A stretch of 34,039 bases of DNA from a virus (Duplodnaviria; Heunggongvirae; Uroviricota; Caudoviricetes), in IMG/VR virus record IMGVR_UViG_2617270939_000002; one strand, given 5' to 3'. The translations under genes were made by a program, and so were the position numbers. Below are positions 27,157 through 34,039 of the stretch, piece after piece. Every line of letters begins with the position of its first letter. The first letter of the stretch is position 1. Under the pieces are notes generated by a model. It was not told the origin of the DNA. It saw nothing but the letters and a program-made list of their open reading frames with translations, and ran no database searches.

Positions 27157-28110
27157 ATGAGTAACTATACAGAAGATAATTTATTTGACAGCATATCTAA
27201 AAAAGACGTCCAGAATTGCATTGCTGCAGGCATTGACATTAACACACTAAATGAACACGGTGAAAACGCCCTTTTCGGTTGCGACAGTATCGGGGCTTTA
27301 AAAGCTATGATTGAAGCAGGCATAGCGCTGAACCATACAGATTGTTATGGTAATAATGCCCTGTTTAGCAGAAAAAGCCCACGAGCACTGGGGCTATTGA
27401 TAAAATCAGGTATTAACGTTCATCACAAAAATAATAAAGGCCTGTCCTGTCTTCACTGGCAGCACTACGACATAGATTGTGCGGAACTCCTCATTAACGC
27501 GGGCGTTGATATCCACAGCACAGATAATGAAGGTCAAACGCTTCTTTACAACCTCCACGATCATGACGTCTTTGATTACTGGGTAAATAAAGGGTGTGAC
27601 ATAAACCACAGAGATTATAATGGCAAAGCGGTGCTGGACCTTCCGACTGACGACGAGTGGTGGATATATGATTTCAGTATTAATGCCCTCAAACGCCATG
27701 TTGACAGAATAGACAGCACACCAGTTTTATTTAAACATATTTCAACTGAGGCGTTGCCTCTGATTGCTTTGCTTCATGAAAAAGGGCGTAATATCCTTAT
27801 CGCTGAACACTGTACCTTCGCATTATATGTCAAAAACATGAAGTCCTTCTTTACCTCACTGAAAAAATATACCGATATCAGTCATGTTCAGTTTTATAAT
27901 TGTTATCATGACAGACATATTGGTGTCTATACTGGTATTGAGACAGTAAAATGGTTTATTCGAAATGGTATCAGAGTGGACGACGATATACTGAGACAGC
28001 GTGCTGACTCTGATAAAATTTTTGACTATATAAGCGGAAGAGAGAAAAAAGATTTTCTCAAAATCATGAAACCAGAAATCACCCATGCGCCGAAGAGAAA
28101 AAGAATGTGA
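27157..28110 (+). CDS. Ankyrin-repeat protein (N-terminal ANK repeats, unknown C-terminal domain)
   Basis: Repeated ...G(I/V)(D/N)(I/V)N..(D/N)..G..AL(F/Y/H)... units (NEHGENALF, DCYGNNALF, NNKGLSCLHW, DNEGQTLLY, DYNGKAVLDL). Confidence 0.75.
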   Translation: MSNYTEDNLFDSISKKDVQNCIAAGIDINTLNEHGENALFGCDSIGALKAMIEAGIALNHTDCYGNNALFSRKSPRALGLLIKSGINVHHKNNKGLSCLHWQHYDIDCAELLINAGVDIHSTDNEGQTLLYNLHDHDVFDYWVNKGCDINHRDYNGKAVLDLPTDDEWWIYDFSINALKRHVDRIDSTPVLFKHISTEALPLIALLHEKGRNILIAEHCTFALYVKNMKSFFTSLKKYTDISHVQFYNCYHDRHIGVYTGIETVKWFIRNGIRVDDDILRQRADSDKIFDYISGREKKDFLKIMKPEITHAPKRKRM

Positions 28111-28174
28111 TAATTTAGCCCTTTATTCAGCCTGAGCAGGTTTCATTTCATGATAACTGACCTGATAAATCCTG

Positions 28175-28207
28175 ATAAGTAAGCCATTCAGCCAATGGCT
28201 TACTTAT
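28175..28207 (+). terminator. 14-bp perfect inverted repeat followed by T-run; terminator after ANK gene and/or oriT-like inverted repeat upstream of mobC
   Basis: ataagtaagccatt-cagcc-aatggcttacttat then ttttatttt. Confidence 0.5.
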
Positions 28208-28307
28208 TTTATTTTCTCTGATTATATGCATTATATTTCACATGACGTATTGACTTATTTACATCATCCGTTATCTGTAGTAATAAACAAACAATACAAG
28301 GATAACT

Positions 28308-28697
28308 ATGAATAATGACATAACAAGACTATCAAGGCGTGGAAAATTCCATACTGACAAACTTCCGCCTGATGAAAGACGAAGCCACTGCGTCAGTGTC
28401 AGATTAAATGAAGAAGAATTAACTATTCTCGACAGTAAAAGAGGCCAGTATAAAAAAGGGGAATGGTTGAGAATGGCTTCCCTGAACAAACTCCCACCGG
28501 TTCTGCCCGAAATAAATCGCGAAGCATGGATTAAACTCGGCAGCCTTTCCCAGGATTTAAATTACCTACTGAATCATCTTGACAAGAAAAGTCCTGACAG
28601 CGAACTAACCCGTACAGAACTCTTTGCCCTGCGCAGACAAATCAAAACGCTTCGGGATCACCTTATTCCCTCAACATTTCTGGAGCAAGACCGATGA
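28308..28697 (+). CDS. MobC-like relaxosome accessory protein (ribbon-helix-helix)
   Basis: RRSHCVSVRLNEEELTILDSKRGQYKKGEWLR pattern; ATGA coupling to relaxase. Confidence 0.65.
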   Translation: MNNDITRLSRRGKFHTDKLPPDERRSHCVSVRLNEEELTILDSKRGQYKKGEWLRMASLNKLPPVLPEINREAWIKLGSLSQDLNYLLNHLDKKSPDSELTRTELFALRRQIKTLRDHLIPSTFLEQDR

Positions 28698-29953
28698 AAG
28701 GCATGCAGAAAATAAAAAGGGGTAAACAGTTTGCAGGAGTGGTGCTTTACAGCCTCAAATCCGGTCCACACCACAACGTTATGCCTTATGTCATCGGTGG
28801 TAATATGATCGGAAGTTCGGTGGCTGAGCTTATCAGTGAGTTTGAAATTTCTAAACAATTGCGTCCCGATGTCGCCAAACCCGTCTGGCATAATTCACTT
28901 CGCCTGCCAAAGGGAGAAACACTGTCAGCCAGACAGTGGGCGGCATTCGCCGACGATTATATGACCCGGATGGGGTTCACTGAAACGCACCTTCGCTGTT
29001 ATATCCTTCACGATGATACCGACGGGCAGCATATCCATATCATTGCAAGTCGCATTAACATGGCCGGTGGAAAGCTGTACCTGGGGAAAAATGAAAATCT
29101 CATCAGCACCCGCATTATCAGCGAACTGGAGCGAATACACGGACTCACTGAAACAACACCTGCAACCAGCAGTCGCCCTCAGGCTAAAAGAAAACCCTCA
29201 CGCAATGAGCTGATGATGGCAGAACGAACAGCAGTTCCCTGCCCTAAGTCTCAGTTGCAGACCCTGATTGATAATGTCTTAACGCATCGTCCCGATTTAC
29301 TGACTTTTATCGACATGCTGGAACAGAAAGGTGTGACCTGTAAACCCAATATCGCGTCGACCGGAAAAATGAATGGATTTTCATTTCAGTACCAGGGTAT
29401 TGCCTTTAAAGCGTCTCAGCTTGGAAAAAAGTATGGCTGGTCTTCTCTGCAAACGCAGATTGATTTTACACCAGAGCACCTGGCCTTACTGAAAAAAGAG
29501 CAACAACAGACTGTACCAGTGCCAGTGCCAGTGCCAGTGCCAGTGCCAGTGCCAGTGCCAGTGCCAGTGCCAGTGCCAGTGCCAGTGCCAGTGCCATCAT
29601 GCGAGCCTGAAGAACAGGTTGCAAACCGGGAAACGATTCTGGAGAAAATCCTTCAGCTTGAAGAAAAAATTCGTCTGGAAAGACAACAGGAAACAGTGGG
29701 TGTCATTCAACTCAGGAGCAAACTGCACAATACAGCTCGTCAGATACCCCGCCAGCGTCGTCTGCATTCGTGGTTTGTATTGCTCGGCCATATTGTGGCA
29801 CTTCTCAGGCGCAGGGGCATGTCTCTGTTACATGCCACTGCACATCCTTTCCACCAAATCCTGCACCTGCATCTTCTGACACCCTGTCATTCCATGACAA
29901 CAAATCCCATTAAAGAACAATTAGTTAAAAATAACCCCCATCCTGCACCATAA
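28694..29953 (+). CDS. Mobilisation relaxase (MobA/VirD2-like) containing a (VP)14 linker
   Basis: HLRCYILHDDTDGQHIHIIASRINMAGGKLY histidine-triad region; follows MobC-like gene. Confidence 0.75.
   Translation: MKGMQKIKRGKQFAGVVLYSLKSGPHHNVMPYVIGGNMIGSSVAELISEFEISKQLRPDVAKPVWHNSLRLPKGETLSARQWAAFADDYMTRMGFTETHLRCYILHDDTDGQHIHIIASRINMAGGKLYLGKNENLISTRIISELERIHGLTETTPATSSRPQAKRKPSRNELMMAERTAVPCPKSQLQTLIDNVLTHRPDLLTFIDMLEQKGVTCKPNIASTGKMNGFSFQYQGIAFKASQLGKKYGWSSLQTQIDFTPEHLALLKKEQQQTVPVPVPVPVPVPVPVPVPVPVPVPVPVPSCEPEEQVANRETILEKILQLEEKIRLERQQETVGVIQLRSKLHNTARQIPRQRRLHSWFVLLGHIVALLRRRGMSLLHATAHPFHQILHLHLLTPCHSMTTNPIKEQLVKNNPHPAP
29514..29597 (+). repeat. Hexanucleotide microsatellite (GTACCA + 13 x GTGCCA) encoding (Val-Pro)14 inside relaxase
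   Basis: Read directly from sequence. Confidence 0.95.
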
Positions 29954-30138
29954 GTTAACTAATCCATATTTTAGTGATAGTCAATAAAATATTGATCGTT
30001 TATATAGATCGATAATCTTGTTATGATAGTTATAACCTATTAACAGAGATCCATCGATCGGTACAAGCAATTTTACTAAAGCGGATCATTCATCGAAAAT
30101 GTTCAAAAATACATCACCTTAAATCAGGCCACGGAGTC

Positions 30139-30414
30139 ATGATGGATAATAAAACGATTAGCTGCCCCTTCTGCTTTACACAAAGCCCGCACGGCGTGCG
30201 GATTTGCAAAGGCTGCCATGCAAAAGTCGCCTACGGTGAGAGTCCGCTCAGTGTGGCATTCCTGTTTCAATTCGTGGCATTAGCTCTCGCCTGGTTAGTA
30301 TTTTCATTGACCGGCAGCACTCCTGTCTCAGTCATTACGTTTTTTGCCAGCGTCATTATTCTTATCTGCATTATTAAAAAGAAATATGCAGACAGAGTTG
30401 TTTTTATACGGTGA
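30139..30414 (+). CDS. Small membrane protein with N-terminal zinc-ribbon (CPFC...CKGC) and two TM segments
   Basis: GGAG RBS; ORF. Confidence 0.5.
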   Translation: MMDNKTISCPFCFTQSPHGVRICKGCHAKVAYGESPLSVAFLFQFVALALAWLVFSLTGSTPVSVITFFASVIILICIIKKKYADRVVFIR

Positions 30415-30463
30415 TATTAATTTCATACCACCGCAAACATAAAAAATTAATATGAGAGAACTT

Positions 30464-30850
30464 ATGAACAGATTCATGATTTCTGTGTTTTTTATTTCTG
30501 CTTTCCTTATTTCTGGTTGTTCAACATCAGGCAACCAGCATCTAAAAAAAGAAACAGCACAAAGTCTGCAGTCGAAAATTATAAAAAATAAAACAACGAA
30601 ATCAGAAATCATTACCGCATTAGGTGAGCCCGAAACCAAAACTACACTTGATAGTGGCAATGAAGAATGGACTTATTCGATGGATAACAATCAGTTTGAT
30701 GCCACCACATTCATTCCAGTGGTCGGGTTGCTGACAGGCGGTTCACAGACGCAGGCCAAAACGCTGGAAATCGAATTTAAAGGCGAAACGGTCAGTAAGT
30801 GGACGATCTCTGAAAACAACAGCAAGATGAAAACCGGCCTTATTCAATAA
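30464..30850 (+). CDS. Lipoprotein (signal peptide with LISGC lipobox)
   Basis: MNRFMISVFFISAFLISGC...; GAGAG RBS before ATG at 30464. Confidence 0.6.
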   Translation: MNRFMISVFFISAFLISGCSTSGNQHLKKETAQSLQSKIIKNKTTKSEIITALGEPETKTTLDSGNEEWTYSMDNNQFDATTFIPVVGLLTGGSQTQAKTLEIEFKGETVSKWTISENNSKMKTGLIQ

Positions 30851-30876
30851 CGTACTCTACAGTCTGGGATTATTTT

Positions 30877-31197
30877 ATGAAAACATATGCATTTACCACA
30901 CTCATTGCGTCCATTTTTTTGCTGAGTGGCTGTACCGGTGAACCGTCTGAGCAGGATATTTACACTGCGATGAATAAGGTCATGGAGCAGACGAATGCCA
31001 TCGTTAAATCCATAGCAGGTAAAGATGTCCCGAAAGACGCACTGCGGGAATTAAAATCTGTCAAAAAGCATGACTGCGAAAAACTATCGGATAAAAGCTA
31101 TAAATGCAATGTAACAGCTGTTGTCGATAACGAAAAACGCACAGCGGCTGTCACGCTGATCAAAACGGATGATGGCTGGCAGGTCATTGATAAGTAA
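30877..31197 (+). CDS. Lipoprotein (signal peptide with LLSGC lipobox)
   Basis: MKTYAFTTLIASIFLLSGC... Confidence 0.6.
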   Translation: MKTYAFTTLIASIFLLSGCTGEPSEQDIYTAMNKVMEQTNAIVKSIAGKDVPKDALRELKSVKKHDCEKLSDKSYKCNVTAVVDNEKRTAAVTLIKTDDGWQVIDK

Positions 31198-31333
31198 GAC
31201 CACAGTAAAACAATCCCGCCAGGCAGGACACCAGACCGGTGGCTCCTGCCTTTTTAATGCCCGGTAATGTCTTGCGGGAAACGACTGCTTTTATGTCACT
31301 CTGCCATCCCCTGTCCAGTACGTATCCGCTGCC

Positions 31334-31759
31334 TCACAGCCTTTTCCTGACCACGGATCCTGGTGGTGTATAAGCCAGAGAACGTGCAATGCGTTTCTTT
31401 TCATACTGTGCCAGTAAATCAGCATAAATGTGCTCTGCTTCATCCAGATTGCCTGAAATATAATTCACGAGCGAATTCAGGCAATGCAGTAATGTGTCAC
31501 TGTTTGCGAGTTGCCTGAGCAGAGGGGCCTTCAGGGTAGAAACGACACCCATAAACATCTGCATGATATTATCAACGTGATAACACGAATTGCGATATTG
31601 CGCCCGTGAATAAAAATACTTCAGATGGTATCCAGCGAAAAGCACATAAAGTTTTCTGTAAAAAATATTGTTATTAACACTGTCGCGATGCTGTGTTATA
31701 TATTTATCAACAACAAATATAAACTTTTCTTCCTGAGAAGAAACACAAATATTACTCAT
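31334..31759 (-). CDS. Hypothetical protein (141 aa)
   Basis: ORF only. Confidence 0.45.
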   Translation of the reverse strand: MSNICVSSQEEKFIFVVDKYITQHRDSVNNNIFYRKLYVLFAGYHLKYFYSRAQYRNSCYHVDNIMQMFMGVVSTLKAPLLRQLANSDTLLHCLNSLVNYISGNLDEAEHIYADLLAQYEKKRIARSLAYTPPGSVVRKRL

Positions 31760-32214
31760 AACCCTCTCCTTTTTTGTTTTTATAATTAAGTACTATCAGC
31801 TTTAAAATTTAAATCAATACAAAATTGAAAATATTTTATTTTAAAATGACAACTATTTATTCTTTTAATACTGGAAACAGCTTACGCTGTTGCAATGTTG
31901 AGTCCGATCGATTGCATTACCACTTCCTTTTTTCAAAAGCCAGGTAGTTTCCAGATTTCAGATAAAACCCCTTCAGGAATTTTTTTGAGAGAGTGCTACG
32001 CACCGGCTCACGCCCCCGACGACAGATATATGTAGATTATTTTTACCCGTCAGATGAAAACCCAACGTTTAATCCCTCTTGCAGCGCCGCTGAGTGCCCA
32101 CAGCACTCACTCGCTGAAGCAGAAAGGATTTTTCCGAAGGGGTTCCGGCGTGAGCCGTATTAAGTTAACGGGTAAATCATGTAGTCGGGTCCACTCTTTC
32201 GCTAAACTCAGCAG

Positions 32215-32305
32215 TCTGAATCTCTGCGCGAAGCGTATTTGTGCTGAGAGCTAAACCCAACTGTCTGAACTCCTGCGCGAAGCGTATTTCTACTGACAGT
32301 TAAAC
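32215..32305. repeat. Two tandem 42-bp direct repeats (period 49 bp, about 80 percent identical)
   Basis: tctgaatctctgcgcgaagcgtatttgtgctgagagctaaac / tctgaactcctgcgcgaagcgtatttctactgacagttaaac. Confidence 0.7.
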
Positions 32306-32466
32306 ACTATAGCAATGTTCTGAAGCCCAGTGGCGCAACATACAGGTGCGCAGGCTTCACTTAAGGAATAATATTACGAAGGAAAATCAGCAATAGCAGT
32401 GTTTATCAAACTGGCTTTGTTGAATAAATCAGATTTCGGGTACCGAAGCAGTCCTCTGCGGAGAAA

Positions 32467-32748
32467 GTGGGTGATACATGGTTAATGCTGGAAGAGCTAC
32501 GTTTTGTCATGGAGCAGTTCGCTCAGGCAACTAACGTTGGGCCGTTGATGCAGCACCTTATCCGCTTCTGCGTTTATGCTGGCGGGCAGCGACCGTTTGA
32601 AATGATTGCCAGCCAATGGAGCGCGATTGACTGGCAGCAAAAGACGTTACTGGTCATAGCCGATGTATCGAAAAACAAACGGGAGCACCTGATCCCATTG
32701 ACTGAATCGGCATTAAGTGAATTAGCCTCAGTGAAAGAACTGATGTAG
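32467..32748 (+). pseudogene. Tyrosine integrase internal fragment (5'-truncated, 3' end interrupted by IS insertion)
   Basis: GGQRPFEMIASQWSAIDWQQKTLLVIADVSKNKREHLIPLTESALSEL resembles start of integrase catalytic domain; stop codon created at IS junction. Confidence 0.55.
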
Positions 32749-32804
32749 CCCCCTGAAACACCGGACAGTAGCTGTATCTCCAGATAAGAGATAGGCTTGA
32801 ATAT

Positions 32805-33200
32805 ATGTCTAACACTAACGCCAATTTTGAGATGACCGGGATCCTGTTAGGGCAAGAAGTCCGTAAACGTAAAACTCCTCAGGAGAAGATCGCCATTATC
32901 CAGCAGACGATGGAGCCGGGTATGAATGTCTCCCATGTCGCCCGCCTGCATGGTATCCAGCCCAGCCTGCTGTTTAAGTGGAAGAAGCAATATCAGGAAG
33001 GCAGCCTCACCGCCGTTGCGGCTGGAGAGGAAGTCGTTCCTGCTTCTGAGCTTACTGCTGCTCTGAAGCAGGTCCGGGAGCTTCAGCGCCTTCTGGGCAA
33101 GAAGACGATGGAAGTTGAGATCCTGAAAGAAGCCGTGGAGTACGGTCAGTCGCGAAAATGGATAGCGCACGCGCCCTTGTTGCCAAAGGACGGGGAATAG
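32805..33200 (+). CDS. IS3-family transposase OrfA (IS2 InsC-like, HTH)
   Basis: [53 protein letters not shown]...[17 protein letters not shown]. Confidence 0.85.
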   Translation: MSNTNANFEMTGILLGQEVRKRKTPQEKIAIIQQTMEPGMNVSHVARLHGIQPSLLFKWKKQYQEGSLTAVAAGEEVVPASELTAALKQVRELQRLLGKKTMEVEILKEAVEYGQSRKWIAHAPLLPKDGE

Positions 33201-34039
33201 CCATGGTCAGCCGGACCATGGGCGTGTCGCGTGCGCAACTGTCACTGCGGATTAACCGTTCTGCCGACTGGCAGGACAGGCGCTGTAACCGGCGTAATGA
33301 AGAAGCAGACGCAGAAATACTGTCGGCTATCCTCAACATTATCAGCGATATGCCGAGTTATGGTTATCGACGCGTGTGGGGCATCCTGCGCAAGCAACGT
33401 CGCACAGAGGGACAGCCACCTGTGAATGCCAAACGGCTTTACAGGATAATGAGCGAGCATAACCTGTTGTTGTTGCATCACAAACCAGAGCGACCGAAGC
33501 TTGAACATAAGGGCAAGATAGCGGTGGCAGAAAGCGATATGCGCTGGTGTTCAGATGGCTTCGAGTTCGGCTGCGACAACGGCGAAAAACTGCGGGTAAC
33601 GTTCGCGCTGGACTGCTGCGACCGTGAGGCCATAGACTGGGCAGCAAGCACGGGAGGCTATGACAGTTCGACCGTGCAGGATGTGATGCTGAGGTCGGTG
33701 GAAAAGCGCTTCGGCGACAGGTTGCCCGACACAGCGGTGCAGTGGCTGACGGATAACGGTTCAGCGTATACCGCGTATGAAACGCGGAGGTTCGCGAGAG
33801 AGCTGAATCTGGAGCCCTGCACAACAGCGGTGAGCAGCCCGCAGAGTAATGGCATGGCCGAACGGTTCGTGAAAACGATGAAAGAAGACTATATCGCGTT
33901 CATGCCAAAACCGGATGTGAGAACAGCACTGCGAAACCTTGCAGTAGCGTTCACGCATTACAATGAAAACCACCCGCACAGCGCGCTGGGATATCACTCC
34001 CCGAGGGAATACCGGCGGCAGCGGACATCGTTAACTTAA
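33158..34039 (+). CDS. IS3-family transposase OrfB (IS2 InsD-like, DDE catalytic domain)
   Basis: RWCSDGFEF...[18 protein letters not shown]...WLTDNGS...[15 protein letters not shown]...[14 protein letters not shown]. Confidence 0.85.
   Translation: MDSARALVAKGRGIAMVSRTMGVSRAQLSLRINRSADWQDRRCNRRNEEADAEILSAILNIISDMPSYGYRRVWGILRKQRRTEGQPPVNAKRLYRIMSEHNLLLLHHKPERPKLEHKGKIAVAESDMRWCSDGFEFGCDNGEKLRVTFALDCCDREAIDWAASTGGYDSSTVQDVMLRSVEKRFGDRLPDTAVQWLTDNGSAYTAYETRRFARELNLEPCTTAVSSPQSNGMAERFVKTMKEDYIAFMPKPDVRTALRNLAVAFTHYNENHPHSALGYHSPREYRRQRTSLT

Larger units (their letters stand above)
13830..32745 (+). mobile_element. P4-integrase-type integrative (mobilisable) island with internal low-GC cargo block; right boundary uncertain
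   Basis: att fragment plus P4-family integrase at left; MobC/relaxase; truncated second integrase and IS at right. Confidence 0.55.
32746..34039 (+). mobile_element. IS3-family insertion sequence (IS2 group), right end beyond window
   Basis: Left end GCCCCCTGAA resembles IS2 terminal repeat; overlapping orfA/orfB. Confidence 0.8.

Noticed and set aside
29514-29597. Possible CRISPR array
   Set aside because: Repeat unit is 6 nt with no spacers and lies in frame inside a relaxase ORF; it is a coding microsatellite.
32054-32254. 66-aa plus-strand ORF
   Set aside because: Spans the tandem 42-bp repeat region; Arg/Ser-rich translation without RBS; more likely noncoding.

Overview
The window holds two horizontally acquired elements joined at an ssrA-type attachment site, with the most interesting candidate system in the second. 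Identifications rest on reading the six-frame translations against remembered protein families; no database search was run. (1) Positions 1 to about 13,830 are a heavily deleted lambdoid prophage remnant, with genes almost all on the minus strand: a tail-tube (gpV-like) protein carrying a fibre-like C-terminal extension, minor tail protein U, a truncated gpC protease, an in-frame Nu1::portal fusion, a lambda-type cosN, a moron region (HEPN-like protein, GnsA/B-like, CspA-family cold-shock protein, small zinc-ribbon ORFs), and a lysis cassette (holin, GH19 endolysin, overlapped spanin-like pair) preceded by a tR'-like terminator. A LexA-box-like site sits in front of a DinI-like gene. (2) At 13,830..13,864 is the 3' end of a tmRNA (ssrA)-like sequence without the gene body, then a terminator and a P4-type integrase that opens a second island. 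That island carries a visibly AT-rich block (large serine recombinase, two tandem ParB-like proteins, a 1.7 kb ORF-free gap with palindromes) and a four-gene minus-strand operon: a Cys-rich small ORF, a hairpin, two ThiF/MoeB/MccB-like E1 enzymes with PqqD-like N-terminal domains, and a UvrA-like double-ABC ATPase. This operon is the best candidate for an undescribed peptide-modification or defence system. The island continues with an ankyrin-repeat protein, a MobC/relaxase mobilisation module containing a (GTGCCA)n microsatellite, two lipoproteins, a truncated second integrase and an IS3-family (IS2-group) element that runs off the window end.
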